Positions 28,080-38,621 of a DNA stretch of 64,000 nucleotides are shown one piece after another (positions within the stretch are counted from its first letter, which is position 1; every line of letters begins with the position of its first letter). The notes under the pieces were generated by a model. That model was not told where the DNA came from. It saw only the letters and a list, made by a program, of their open reading frames with translations, and did not search any database. The stretch comes from an uncultured Gemmatimonadales bacterium (lineage in GTDB: Bacteria > Gemmatimonadota > Gemmatimonadetes > Longimicrobiales > RSA9): contig OY970192.1 in assembly GCA_963708135.1 (NCBI GenBank), forward strand, positions 2,816,001 through 2,880,000, given 5' to 3'. Both the position numbers and the translations under genes were made by a program.

Positions 28080-28445
28080 TTCGGATCGAGCGTGCCCCTC
28101 GAGGCGCCCGATTCAGGACGTGGGTGTAGATCATCGTGGTCTTGACGCTTCGGTGCCCGAGCAGCTCCTGCACGGTGCGAATGTCGTAGCCGTCTTCGAG
28201 GAGGTGGCTGGCAAAGGAGTGGCGGAAGGAGTGGCAGGATGCCCTCTTCGCGATGCCGCTACGCCGCACCGCCTGCGTCACTGGGGTTGCACGGCGCTCT
28301 CGTGCAGGTGGTGGCGGCGGCGCTGTCCGGCGCGGCGTCGGTGTAAAGGCGTGTGGCCGGAAAGATCCATTGCCACGCAAGCAGGCGGCCCGCCGCCGGG
28401 GACTTGCGGGCGAGCGCGGCGGGCAGCGCGACCCAGCCGGCGCTC
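28080..28445 (-). pseudogene. intI: Integron integrase remnant (C-terminal part, at least 2 frameshifts)
   Basis: Spread over three frames: [15 protein letters not shown]...[12 protein letters not shown] / [12 protein letters not shown] (IntI-specific patch) / [45 protein letters not shown]. Confidence 0.9.
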
Positions 28446-28659
28446 CGCCGGATACTGCCATTCTGCTCCGACGGTGCCAGTGGGCGCGGGGCAGAGACAT
28501 AGCGGCCGGGGGCGACGTGCCGGGGCACCAACCTTTACCGCCCCCCCGCCGCTCCCCGCGCGCACCCCGAACGCGGTCAGCGCCACCACCTTCCCGGCCG
28601 AGTCCAGCCCGGCGCGGCGGACGCCGACCGTCAATCCACCGGGAGGTCCTCGTTCGGGC

Positions 28660-31365
28660 CTACTCGTATCTCAGCGCGTCGGCCGGGTCCAGCCGCGCCG
28701 CGCGCCGTGCGGGCAGGTAGGCGGCGAGCAGGACCACCAGCGCGAGCAGCGCGGCCACCGCCGAGATGGCGGCCGGCCCGGGCCGCGCGGCGCCGACCAC
28801 CAGCCCGCTCACCACCCGGCCGAGCAGCAGCGCGGCCGGCAGGCCGAGGACGAGCCCGGCGATGCCCAGCACGGCGCCCTCCTCCACCACCAGCCGGGTC
28901 AGCTCGCGGCGTGTGGCGCCGAGCGCCATCCGGATGCTCAGCTCGCGCGTGCGCTCGGCCACCGACTGGGCGAGGACGCCGTACAGTCCGACGGCGCCGA
29001 GGGCGAGCGCCGCGATGCCGAAGAGGATCACCCAGGTGGCCGCCATGCGCTGCTGCCACAGCGATGCCGCCAGGTGCTGCGCCATCGTCGCCTCGGCGTA
29101 GGTGGGCAGGGCGGGATCCAGCGCCGCGACCGTGCGGCGGAGCGAGGCGAGCACCCGCGCCGGCGCGGGACCGCTCGCGACGAGGATCACGCGGCCGTCG
29201 TAGTTCTGGGCGAGCGGCACGTAGAGAACGGGGGGCGCCGGCTCGGTGAGGGAGCGCCAGCGGCTGTCGGCAGCCATGCCGACCACCTCGAGGGGCGGTC
29301 CGGCGGGGCCGTTCCAGGGTGGCACGACGATGCGCCGGCCGATCGGGTCGAGCCCCGGCCAGAGGCGGCGCGCCAGCGCCTCGTTCACGATCGCGACGCC
29401 GGGCGCGCCCGCGCGGTCGGCGGCGGCGAAGTCGCGCCCGCGGACGAGCGGAATGCCGAGGGTGGCGAAGAAGCCCGGCGCCACCACCGCGTATGCCGGC
29501 CGCAGCCCGAGCTCGAGCGCGCGTCCGTGGAAGACGTCGGGCGGCGGCACCTCGCCGGGGTGAAACACCGAGATGCCGCAGGTGCAGTCGGTCGGCGGCA
29601 CGCCGGTCGCCAGGCTGGCGGCGTGGACTCCCGGAAGCGCCGCCGCGCGCGCGAGCGCTTCGCCAAGGAAGGCCGCGCCGCGTTCCGGCGAGTAGCCCTG
29701 TGTGCCGAGATCCACCGAGACCATGGCGACAGCGCGTGTCTCGAACCCGGCGGGCGCGGTCACGATCCGGTAGAGCCCGAGCAGCAGCATGGCCGCGGTC
29801 ACGAGCATCACGAACGAGAGCGCGACCTGGCCGCCCACCAGCGCGCGCTGGAGCCGCGAGCGGCGCGGCGCGGCGCCGCGGCCGCCCTCCCGGAGCACGC
29901 TCATGGGGGTGAGCCGCGCGGCGCGCAGCGCCGGGAGCGCCGCCACGACCAGCCCGGTCGCGACCGCGGCCGCGAGGGCGAACGCGAGCACGCGCGGGTC
30001 GAGGGGCACGCGAAGCTCGTGGAGCACCGACGAGGGAGGCTGCGCCGCCGTCGCCAGTCGGGAGAGGAACCGGGCCAGAAGAAGCCCGAGCGCCGCGGCA
30101 GGAAGCGAGAGCACGAGGCCCTCGATCAGCGCCTGCCGGACGAGGCGACCCGGCCCGCCGCCCAGCGCCAGCCGCGCCGCCATCTCGCGACGCCGCGCGC
30201 CGAAGCGGACCAGCAGCAGCCCGGCCACGTTCGCGCACGCGATGACCAGCACCAGCGCCACCGCCCCGAGCAGCAGCCGCAGCATGCCGGCGACCTCCTC
30301 GCGCTGGTCGGGATAGAGGCCGAGGCCGGCCGTGAGCGCCGCGTGCCGGTTGACGTTCGTGAGCGGGTACGCGCGCGCCAGCCGGGCGGAGACCACCGCG
30401 AGCTGCGCCCGCGCGTCCGCCAGCGTGGCGCCCGGGCGCAGGCGGCCGAAAAGCTGCATCCAGCCGGCCGCCCGGTCGTCCTCGATCCCCGCCGACAACC
30501 GCGGCATGGCCACCGGCCGGGCGGACAGCGGCAGCCACAGGTCCATCGGGTAGCCCGTCGCCGTGCCGGTGAAGCCGCCGCCCGCGACGCCCACGATGCG
30601 GAACGCGGCGCCGTTCACGCGGATCGTGCGGCCCACGACGTCGGGCGCTCCCCCGAACGCGCTCCGCCACAGCCCCTCGCCCAGCACCGCCACGCGGTTC
30701 TCGCCCGGCGGCGCGTCGTCCCGCGCGTCCAGCAGGCGGCCCAGGCGCGGCTCGACGCCGAGCGCCGCGAAATAGCCGCCCGTCACGAGATCGGCGCGCA
30801 GGCGGACCGCCGCGCCGCCCCCGCCGGCCCCCCCGTTCACGCGAGCCCCCACATGCGCCGCCAGCGCCTCGAGGGCCGGCACGCCGGCCGCATAGTCGTG
30901 GAAGTCCGGCAGGCTGAAATTGTCGTAGACGCCCGACGGCTGGACGCGCGAGAACGTCACCAGCCGCTCCGGCGCCCGCACACCGGCCAGCGGCCGCAGC
31001 AGCACCGCATCCACCACGCTGAACACACCCGTGGCGCCACCGATCGCGACGGCGAGGGTGAGCAGCGCCGTCGCGGCGAGGGCCGGCTGCCGCCGGAGCC
31101 CCCGCGCCGCGTGGCGAACATCCCGCACGAGCCCGTCCAGCACGGCGCTCGCCCGCGCGTCCCGCACCGCCTCCTTCACCTGCTCCGCGCCGCGCAGCTC
31201 CAGCAGCGCCGCGCGCCGCGCCGCCGCAGGGGAGAGCCCGGCCGCCCGCTTCTCGTCGATGAGGAGATCGAGATAGGACCGGACCTCCTCGTCCAGCTCC
31301 CGCTCCGCCCGCGCACGACCCACCGTGACGCCGACGAAGCTCCGGATCCGCGATGCCAGCGACAT
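28660..31365 (-). CDS. ADOP-type duplicated ABC permease (MacB-like)
   Basis: ERELDEE...L prefix, IACANVAGLLL.R...RRE, QVALS and RTRE..IRMALGA. Confidence 0.92.
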   Translation of the reverse strand: MSLASRIRSFVGVTVGRARAERELDEEVRSYLDLLIDEKRAAGLSPAAARRAALLELRGAEQVKEAVRDARASAVLDGLVRDVRHAARGLRRQPALAATALLTLAVAIGGATGVFSVVDAVLLRPLAGVRAPERLVTFSRVQPSGVYDNFSLPDFHDYAAGVPALEALAAHVGARVNGGAGGGGAAVRLRADLVTGGYFAALGVEPRLGRLLDARDDAPPGENRVAVLGEGLWRSAFGGAPDVVGRTIRVNGAAFRIVGVAGGGFTGTATGYPMDLWLPLSARPVAMPRLSAGIEDDRAAGWMQLFGRLRPGATLADARAQLAVVSARLARAYPLTNVNRHAALTAGLGLYPDQREEVAGMLRLLLGAVALVLVIACANVAGLLLVRFGARRREMAARLALGGGPGRLVRQALIEGLVLSLPAAALGLLLARFLSRLATAAQPPSSVLHELRVPLDPRVLAFALAAAVATGLVVAALPALRAARLTPMSVLREGGRGAAPRRSRLQRALVGGQVALSFVMLVTAAMLLLGLYRIVTAPAGFETRAVAMVSVDLGTQGYSPERGAAFLGEALARAAALPGVHAASLATGVPPTDCTCGISVFHPGEVPPPDVFHGRALELGLRPAYAVVAPGFFATLGIPLVRGRDFAAADRAGAPGVAIVNEALARRLWPGLDPIGRRIVVPPWNGPAGPPLEVVGMAADSRWRSLTEPAPPVLYVPLAQNYDGRVILVASGPAPARVLASLRRTVAALDPALPTYAEATMAQHLAASLWQQRMAATWVILFGIAALALGAVGLYGVLAQSVAERTRELSIRMALGATRRELTRLVVEEGAVLGIAGLVLGLPAALLLGRVVSGLVVGAARPGPAAISAVAALLALVVLLAAYLPARRAARLDPADALRYE

Positions 31366-31487
31366 CCAGCCTCCTCAACCCGCCGTGTCCGACCCGCGGC
31401 GATCCGCCGCGATCCCACTCCCCAGCTCGCCGGGGCCGCGCGGCGACCCGAGCTGCCGGGCTCCACGGCGGCCCACCGCCCCCTTCC

Positions 31488-31823
31488 TCACCCCGCCTCG
31501 AGCGCCGCCGTCATCGCCGCGGCGATCCGCCGCCACTCCCCCGCCTCCCGCGCAAGCCGGCGCTCGCCCGCCGCCGTCAGCCGGTAGAACTTCGCCCGCC
31601 GGTTGTTCTCCGACGCGCCCCACGAAGCCTCGACCGCCCCCGCGCGCTCCAGCCGATGCAACGCCGGAAACAGCGAGCCCGCCCCTACCTGGAACGTGCC
31701 CCGCGAGATCTGCTCGATCCGCCGCGCCACCCCTAGCCCGTGCAGCGGCTGCAGCGAGAGCGCCTTCAGCACCAGCAGGTCGAGGGTCCCCTGCAGGATC
31801 GAGGGTGTGCTATCGCCGGGCAT
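31488..31823 (-). CDS. PadR-family transcriptional regulator
   Basis: LQGTLDLLVL, HG.G, GSLFPALHRLE and SENNRRAKFY.LT. Confidence 0.93.
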   Translation of the reverse strand: MPGDSTPSILQGTLDLLVLKALSLQPLHGLGVARRIEQISRGTFQVGAGSLFPALHRLERAGAVEASWGASENNRRAKFYRLTAAGERRLAREAGEWRRIAAAMTAALEAG

Positions 31824-31895
31824 CTCGTCTCTCCCCTGCCATGGTTCGTCCCCGCCGGATCGCCGGCGTCCACGGTCCGGCCTGCCGCGCCTCTT

Positions 31896-31948
31896 CGTAT
31901 CGCCATTCGATAGGAACGTAGCCGCGTCTCGTATCGGATGTCAATAGG
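31896..31948 (-). promoter_or_regulatory. padR promoter with two palindromic operator copies
   Basis: CCTATCGAATGGCGATACG (31896-31914) and CCTATTGACATCCGATACG (31930-31948) on the minus strand; TTGACA-N18-TACGTT. Confidence 0.6.
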
Positions 31949-32112
31949 AGAGGGGGGCGGCCGCGAAGGCGAGCCCCGCACGGCGCTCACCGCCTTGCGT
32001 GTCCGGCGCACCCGAGTCCCGGGCTGGCGGCTCTCCGGCTTGCGTGGCATCGCGCGGGCGCCGCAAGATTCGGCGTCCGCCTCGAGCCGACCCATTCCAG
32101 CCCGGAGCCGCC

Positions 32113-33387
32113 ATGTCCTCCGCACGCATCAGCGCCGGCGCGCCCTCCGCCGCACGCGCCCGGCCAGTCGTTCCGCATCAGGCGACGTTTCCCGACGCCG
32201 CGTCGGCGGCGCGCGTCCGGGCGCGCGGTGCGGCCCGGGTCCGCGGCCACCTCGGCTCGGTCCGCCGCCTGGCAGGACTCGCCGCTCTTCCGGTCCTCGC
32301 CCTCCTCTCCGGCGCCCTCGCGCTGCCAGTATCTCTCATCGCGCTCCTCTCCCCCGCGGCCCTGGCCGCGCAGCAGGCGGGAGCGGCGAAAGTGATCGCG
32401 CTGGAGCCGTCGCCGCGCACCGTCGCCTACGGCTACTACTCGGCGCGGGCGAAGCCCGTGCTGCGGATCCGGTCTGGCGATGTGATCCGGGTGCACACGC
32501 TGATCACGTCGACGCCGGAGCGGCTGGAAGGCGCGGGGGTGCCCGCGTCGGAGGTGGAGCCGGCGCTGCGCGCGGTCGTGGACAGCGTGGTGGACCGTGG
32601 GCCGGGCGGGCACATCCTGACGGGCCCGATCTACGTGGAGGGGGCGGAGCCGGGGGACGTGCTGGAGGTGGACATCCAGAAGATCGACCTGGCGATCCCG
32701 TATGCCTACAACGCGTTCGGGCCGACATCGGGCTTCCTGCCGGAGGCGTTCCCGGGGCAGCGCCGGATGAAGATCATCCCGCTGGACGCGAAGGCGGGGG
32801 TGGCGCATTTCGCGCCGGGGATCGACGTCCCGCTGCGCCCCTTCTTCGGCTCGATCGGGGATGCGCCGCCGGACTCGATGGGCCGCTGGAACAGCGCGCC
32901 GCCGTGGAAGAACGCGGGCAACCTGGACAACAAGGAGCTGGTGGCGGGGACGACGCTCTACATCCCGGTGTGGGCGCCGGGCGCGCTGCTGGAGATCGGC
33001 GATGGGCACGCGGGCCAGGGCAACGGCGAGGTGGACATCACGGCGCTGGAGACTTCGCTGGTGGGGACGTTCCGGATCCGGGTGCGGAAGGACATGCACC
33101 TGGAGTGGCCGATGGCGGAGACGCCCACGCACTGGATCGCCATGGGCATGGACCGGGACCTGGTGCGGGCGGCGAAGATCGCGCTGTCGAACGCCATCGG
33201 CTTCCTGGCGACCACGAAGCACCTCTCGCGGGCGGACGCCTACATGCTGTGCTCGGTGGCGGCGGACATGGACGTGACGGAGCTGGTGGACGGCAACGTG
33301 GGCGTGCACGTGATGATCCCGAAGCGGATCTTCACGGCGGAGAAGGCGGCGCCAGGCGACGACGGCGCCGCGCCGCGCCGGCGGTGA
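32113..33387 (+). CDS. Acetamidase/formamidase family protein, secreted
   Basis: HILTGPIYVEGAEPGD.L, GNLD.K, GDGH..QG.GE and YML.S...D. Start uncertain. Confidence 0.9.
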   Translation: MSSARISAGAPSAARARPVVPHQATFPDAASAARVRARGAARVRGHLGSVRRLAGLAALPVLALLSGALALPVSLIALLSPAALAAQQAGAAKVIALEPSPRTVAYGYYSARAKPVLRIRSGDVIRVHTLITSTPERLEGAGVPASEVEPALRAVVDSVVDRGPGGHILTGPIYVEGAEPGDVLEVDIQKIDLAIPYAYNAFGPTSGFLPEAFPGQRRMKIIPLDAKAGVAHFAPGIDVPLRPFFGSIGDAPPDSMGRWNSAPPWKNAGNLDNKELVAGTTLYIPVWAPGALLEIGDGHAGQGNGEVDITALETSLVGTFRIRVRKDMHLEWPMAETPTHWIAMGMDRDLVRAAKIALSNAIGFLATTKHLSRADAYMLCSVAADMDVTELVDGNVGVHVMIPKRIFTAEKAAPGDDGAAPRRR

Positions 33388-33439
33388 GACCCGGGATCGG
33401 GGGCTCGGTGCTCGGGGCTCGGGGGGTTGCCGGCGGGTT

Positions 33440-34405
33440 TCACCTCCCCTGTCCTCCCGGCGGTTCGCCGGCGACGCCCATTCCCTCGTCCGGGGCCGCC
33501 CGGGCCTCGCGCTTCCCTTCTGTCACGTTGTCGTAGAAGCGGGTGGTCGGGTAGGCGAAGTCAATGTCCTCGCGCGCGCCGAAGGCGCGCAGGATCTCCT
33601 CCCACATGGCCTGGCTGGTGCCGCGCCGGCGGCGGGCCTCGCAGAGATAGCGGACGGTGAGGACCACGCCGCTGTCGGCCACGCTCGTGTAGACGGTGGG
33701 CTCGAGGGTGGAGTAGAAGATCATGAAGCGACGGCTGGCGGCGAGGACGCGGCGCTCGGCGTCGGCGGTCAGGTGGTCGCTCTGGGCGCGGGCGATGCCG
33801 AGCAGGATCTCCTTGGCGGCCTCCCAGTCGCTCTCGAACGTGACCATGACGGGGATCTCGTTCCAGATGTAGGGGAAGCCGCGGGTGTAGTTGGCGAGCG
33901 GCTCGGAGAAGACCTGGCCGTTGGGGATGTGGATGATGCGGCCGGTGCTCTGGTCGGCGCCGACCCAGTTGCCGATCTCGAGGATGGTGAACTGGAAGAC
34001 GCGCTGGTCGACGACATCGCCCGCGTGTTGGCCGAGCTGGATGCGGTCGCCGACCACGAAGGGGCGGCGCCAGAGGATGAAGAGCCAGGCGGCGAAGTTG
34101 GAGACCGGGTCCTTCAGGGCGACGGCCAGCCCGGCGCCGACCAGGCCGAGGAAGGTGGCGACGGAGGTCAAGCCCTCGAACCAGACGCGGCCGACCAGGA
34201 AGACGCCGAAGGCCACGGCCACGTAGGCGGTGATCTTTCGCCAGTGGTAGCGGAGCCGCACGTCGGGGGTGCGGCGCCGTACCACGAAGAGCAGCACCCA
34301 GCGGAGCAGCGTGAGCGCCAGGATGATGACGAGAGAGGTGAGGAGCGCGTTCTGCGAGGCGCTCCAGTGCACCATCGATCCCAGCGACTGCAGGGCCTGT
34401 TGCAT
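33440..34405 (-). CDS. Mechanosensitive channel, MscS family
   Basis: GLVGAGLAVALKD..SNF, RPF.VGDRI and IPN...F...NY. Confidence 0.9.
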   Translation of the reverse strand: MQQALQSLGSMVHWSASQNALLTSLVIILALTLLRWVLLFVVRRRTPDVRLRYHWRKITAYVAVAFGVFLVGRVWFEGLTSVATFLGLVGAGLAVALKDPVSNFAAWLFILWRRPFVVGDRIQLGQHAGDVVDQRVFQFTILEIGNWVGADQSTGRIIHIPNGQVFSEPLANYTRGFPYIWNEIPVMVTFESDWEAAKEILLGIARAQSDHLTADAERRVLAASRRFMIFYSTLEPTVYTSVADSGVVLTVRYLCEARRRRGTSQAMWEEILRAFGAREDIDFAYPTTRFYDNVTEGKREARAAPDEGMGVAGEPPGGQGR

Positions 34406-34473
34406 CGGCAGCTCCGAGAGGGGGGCCGGCGCCCGCGGGAGCATGCAAGCGACAGGCCCTCGGAAGCCGGCTC

Positions 34474-37400
34474 TTAGTGCACGTTCTCGAAGCCGTGCGT
34501 CCTCGCGAGGCGGCCCCTCGGGTCGAGCAGCCGGTACAGCCCGGGAAGCAGAAGCAGCACGATCGGTCCCGACAGCACGAACCCGCCGATGACGGCTACG
34601 GCCAGCGGCTGCATCAGCTGGGCGCCTTCGCCAAGGGCGAGCGCGAGCGGCGCAAGCGCGAAGGCGGTGGCGAGGATGGTCATGGCGACCGGTCGCAGTC
34701 TGCGCCGCGACGCACGCGCCCACGCCTCGGTGGGGGCGAGTCCGGCGCGCAGCGCTTCGCGGCCCTCGTGGATCACGAAGATGGCGTTCTCGCCGACGAT
34801 GCCCACCATCATGATCGCGCCGACGTAGCTGGAGATGTTGAGCGTCATGCCGGCGAGCATGAGGGCGCCGAGCACACCCGGCAGCACGGCGGCCGCGCAC
34901 AACGCGGTGACGATGGGCGCCCTCCAGTCGGCGAACTCGAAGAGCACGACGATGCCGACCAGCACGAGGCCGCCGAGCAGGACGAACAGCAGATCGCGGA
35001 AGGAGCTCTGCTGCTGCTGGTAGAGCCCGCCGTACTCCAGCGAGACCCCCGGTCCCAGATCGACCTGGCGAGCAATGGCGGCCTTGATGTCGGACACGGC
35101 GCCGCCGAGATCGCGGCCGGACAGCCGTGCGGTCACGCCAAGGTAGGTCTTGAGATTCTCGCGGTCGATCTCGGCCTCGGGCTCACCGGTCCGGATGGTG
35201 GCCACGGCGCCCAGCGGGATCAGGGCATCGCCAGCACGGAGGCGGACGTCGGCAAGCGGGCCGGCATGCGGCTCGAGCACGCGCAGGTCGTACATGCGGT
35301 CGCCGATGCGGACCTGATCAACCACGGTGCCGAGCACGGCCGGCTCGATCTGAGCGTGGACGTCCTGTGTGGTCAAGCCGTAACGCGCCGCCGCGGCCGT
35401 ATCGATCCGGATATCGAGCGCCGGGCCGGCAATGGTGATCCCATTGAAGATGTCCTCGACGCCCGGCACATGGGAGATGACCGCCGCGATGCGGCGCGCA
35501 TCCCTGGAGAGCACGGCCGGGTCGTCGCCGAAGATCTTGATGTCGATCGGCTGGGGCTCACCACCCGTCAGGTCCCCGATGTTGTCCTCGAGGAGCTGCC
35601 CGAAATCCGTGTGCACGGCCGGCTCGAGCTGCGCCAGCCGGGCGCGCAGATCGTCGATCACCTCGTCGACGGGCCGGCGTTGGCGGCGCGGCTTGAGGTT
35701 GATGACGTAGTCGCCGCGGTTGGGCTCGGTGATGAAGAAGCCGAGCTGCGTGCCCGTCCGGCGCGAGTAGCCGGCCACATCCGGCAGCGCCAGGATCACC
35801 TTCTCCATCTGGTCGAGCATCTGGTTCGTGTCGGTCAGCGAGGTGCCCGGCGGCGTCCAGTAGTCGAGGATGATCGAGCCCTCATCCATCGCGGGCAGGA
35901 AGTCGGTGCCGATGCGGCCGTAGAGCAGCCAGCCGAAGGCGACGAGGCCGAGCAGCGCCACAGGCGCGAGCAGCGGCCGCGCCATGAGGACGCGTACGGC
36001 GCGCTCGTAGCCATCGCCCAGCACGCGCGCGCGCCGATGGAGCCAGCCCCGGACTCCGCCGGCGGGCTGCGAGGATTCGGGCATCGGCTCGCCCGGCCTG
36101 CCCGGCTCCTCATGCTCCGCTTGCTCCCCATGCTGCCCAGGCTCCGCAGGCGTGGCGCCGAAGCGGGCGACGGCCGTGGGCACGACGAACGTCGCCACGA
36201 AGAAGGAGACGATGAGGGCGAGCGCCATGGTGAGCGCGAGCGGCTTGAAGAAGGCTCCGGTCACGCCCGGGAGCAGGGCGAAGGGCAGGAGGATGATGGT
36301 GGTCGAGAGGGAGGACCCGATCAGCGCGGGCAAGAGACCACGCACGGCGGCATCGGCCGGGTCGTGCTCGCGCAGGGCGCGGCGGTGCTCGATGTCCTCG
36401 ATGACGACGATGGCGTCGTCGGCGATGAGGCCGAGCGCGGCGGCCACGCCCGCGAGCGTCATCAGGTTGACGCTCTGGCCGGCGACCCCGAGCGCGAGCT
36501 CGACCACGGCTACAGTGAGCGGGATCGTCGCCACGGCCACGAGCGCGAGGCGGAAGCTGCCCAGGAACAGCAGCAGGATCACGGCGGCGAGTCCCACGCC
36601 GATGAAGATGGCGTCGCGGGTCCCGTTGACGGAGCTGCGGACGAAACGAGCCTGGTCGTAGAAGGTCAACCAGCGGACGCCGCGCGGGATCAGGTCGGGA
36701 CGGTCCCGGAGCGTCTGCTGGATCGCATCGGCGATGTTGAGCGTGTTGGCCGAAGGCTGGCGCACGATGTTGACGAGCACGGCGGGCCTGCCGTCGTCGG
36801 TCGTGCGGATGTAGGAGATCTCGTCGGCCACCGTGACGGTGCCGAGCTGGCCGAGCGTGGCCGGCGGCCCGTGCGGCGCGGGCACGGCCAGGCCGCGGAG
36901 CTGATCGAGCCCGTGGACGCGGCCATTGACCAGAACCAGGTAGAGCTCGTGATTCTGCTCGAGGAGGCCGGCGGAGAGCACGTCGTTGTCGGCGCGGATC
37001 GCGTCCACCACGTCGGCAGCGGAAAGCCCGCGTCCCTGGAGGGCGCGGGGGTCGAGCCGGACCCTGAACTCGCGCTGGCGGCCGCCCTGGATCTGCACCT
37101 CCGACACGCCCTCGATGCGCAGCAGCGCGGGCTTCAGCGTGTACTCGGCAAGATCCCAGAGCTGCGCCTGCGAGAGACTGTCGGAGCTCAGCGAGTAGCC
37201 GAGGATGGGGAAGATGGCGGTGTTCATCCACTCGACATCGATGCGCGTGTCCGGCGGGAGGTCCGGGCGCACGCGCTGCGTCTCCGCCTGCACGCGCTGC
37301 AGCGCGACCTGCATGTCCGTGCCCCAGGCGAAGCGCGCGGAGATCTCGGTCGAGCCGCGGGAGGTGATCGAGCGTACGAGCAGGATGCTCGGCACGCGGC

Positions 37401-37614
37401 GGATCGCCTCCTCCAGGGGGCGGGTCACCGTCGGCATCATGCGCGCGGCGGGCTCCTCGCCCGCATCCGCGATCACCTTCACGATCGGGAAGGTGACGGA
37501 CGGGAAGATGCTGGAGGGGAGGCGCAGGGAGGTGTAGATGCCAGCCGCGGCGAGGAGCGCCAGCAGCCCGAACACCGCCGCGGCGCGGTGGCGCGCGTGA
37601 TGGACGATACTCAC
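34474..37614 (-). CDS. RND efflux permease (AcrB/CusA-like)
   Basis: 1046 aa; ADDAIVVIE in TM4, FLP.MDEG and RRLRPVAMT. Confidence 0.93.
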   Translation of the reverse strand: MSIVHHARHRAAAVFGLLALLAAAGIYTSLRLPSSIFPSVTFPIVKVIADAGEEPAARMMPTVTRPLEEAIRRVPSILLVRSITSRGSTEISARFAWGTDMQVALQRVQAETQRVRPDLPPDTRIDVEWMNTAIFPILGYSLSSDSLSQAQLWDLAEYTLKPALLRIEGVSEVQIQGGRQREFRVRLDPRALQGRGLSAADVVDAIRADNDVLSAGLLEQNHELYLVLVNGRVHGLDQLRGLAVPAPHGPPATLGQLGTVTVADEISYIRTTDDGRPAVLVNIVRQPSANTLNIADAIQQTLRDRPDLIPRGVRWLTFYDQARFVRSSVNGTRDAIFIGVGLAAVILLLFLGSFRLALVAVATIPLTVAVVELALGVAGQSVNLMTLAGVAAALGLIADDAIVVIEDIEHRRALREHDPADAAVRGLLPALIGSSLSTTIILLPFALLPGVTGAFFKPLALTMALALIVSFFVATFVVPTAVARFGATPAEPGQHGEQAEHEEPGRPGEPMPESSQPAGGVRGWLHRRARVLGDGYERAVRVLMARPLLAPVALLGLVAFGWLLYGRIGTDFLPAMDEGSIILDYWTPPGTSLTDTNQMLDQMEKVILALPDVAGYSRRTGTQLGFFITEPNRGDYVINLKPRRQRRPVDEVIDDLRARLAQLEPAVHTDFGQLLEDNIGDLTGGEPQPIDIKIFGDDPAVLSRDARRIAAVISHVPGVEDIFNGITIAGPALDIRIDTAAAARYGLTTQDVHAQIEPAVLGTVVDQVRIGDRMYDLRVLEPHAGPLADVRLRAGDALIPLGAVATIRTGEPEAEIDRENLKTYLGVTARLSGRDLGGAVSDIKAAIARQVDLGPGVSLEYGGLYQQQQSSFRDLLFVLLGGLVLVGIVVLFEFADWRAPIVTALCAAAVLPGVLGALMLAGMTLNISSYVGAIMMVGIVGENAIFVIHEGREALRAGLAPTEAWARASRRRLRPVAMTILATAFALAPLALALGEGAQLMQPLAVAVIGGFVLSGPIVLLLLPGLYRLLDPRGRLARTHGFENVH

Positions 37615-38621
37615 GGCATCGCCCGGACACGCGTACCGTCCGGCAGTCCGACCTGTCCGGAGACGATCACCCTCTCGCCGACCGCAATGGCGGGCGACAC
37701 GATCTCGACGCGCGCGCCGTCGCGCAGGCCGGCCTGCACGTCGATCCAGTGCGCACGCCCGTCCGCTCCGACCACGGCCATGCGGGTTGTGCCCGTGACA
37801 TCGTTCGCGAGCACCGCGGCGTCCGGTACGACGATCACGTTCCGCCGCTCGGCGACGACGATCCGGGCCGTGCCGAAGAGCCCAATGGACAGATCGGGAC
37901 GCGGCGGCGAGAAGTCGAGCCGCACCGGCGCGCTCAGATTCTGGCTGGAGGCCGAAGGCAGCAGGCCGTGCACGACCGCGGAGGCGCCCGTGGCGCCGAT
38001 CGCGGGGATGTCGACCGTGGCGCGCTGCCCCGGCTGGACCCGGGCCACATCCGTCTGCGCCACCTGCGCATCGAAGAACACGGCGCCGGCCTCCGCGATC
38101 GTGAGCAGCACCTCGCCCTCATCGAGGTAATCGCCCTCCTCGGCGCTGTGGGAGAGCACCATGCCCGCGGCCGGCGCGTGCAGCGGCTGCACCACCAGGT
38201 TCCGGCGCGCGGTCGCCATGGCGCGGCGGGCATCGGCTGAATCCGCACCGGTGCGCGCGTCCCTCAGCATCGCCTGGGCGCCTTCCAGCGCGGCCTGGCT
38301 GTTCTTCGACACCACCTGCGCCACAATCTGACCGGAGGCGACCCGGTCGCCGTCCGTGACGCGCAGCGAGACGAGGCGGCTGGGGAACGGAGCACGTACG
38401 CGGTCCTGCCTGCGCGCCTCCGTCCGGCCCGGCCCACCAACGGTCAGGTCCAGCAATGCCCGCTCGGCGCGCGCCATCTGGACAGGGGTGGCTGCCGCGG
38501 CTGGTGCCTCCGCGGCCGCCGTGTCTGCGGCGGGCTGATCCGTCGCATGCCCATCACCCCCCGCGCACCCCGTCATGACCCCAGCGAACAGCGCGGCGGC
38601 CACGCCCTGTGCGACTCGCAT
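37611..38621 (-). CDS. RND periplasmic adaptor (membrane fusion lipoprotein)
   Basis: Lipobox MTGC, lipoyl half-motifs and VP..AV...GL..G. TGATG coupling with the TolC gene. Confidence 0.9.
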   Translation of the reverse strand: MRVAQGVAAALFAGVMTGCAGGDGHATDQPAADTAAAEAPAAAATPVQMARAERALLDLTVGGPGRTEARRQDRVRAPFPSRLVSLRVTDGDRVASGQIVAQVVSKNSQAALEGAQAMLRDARTGADSADARRAMATARRNLVVQPLHAPAAGMVLSHSAEEGDYLDEGEVLLTIAEAGAVFFDAQVAQTDVARVQPGQRATVDIPAIGATGASAVVHGLLPSASSQNLSAPVRLDFSPPRPDLSIGLFGTARIVVAERRNVIVVPDAAVLANDVTGTTRMAVVGADGRAHWIDVQAGLRDGARVEIVSPAIAVGERVIVSGQVGLPDGTRVRAMP

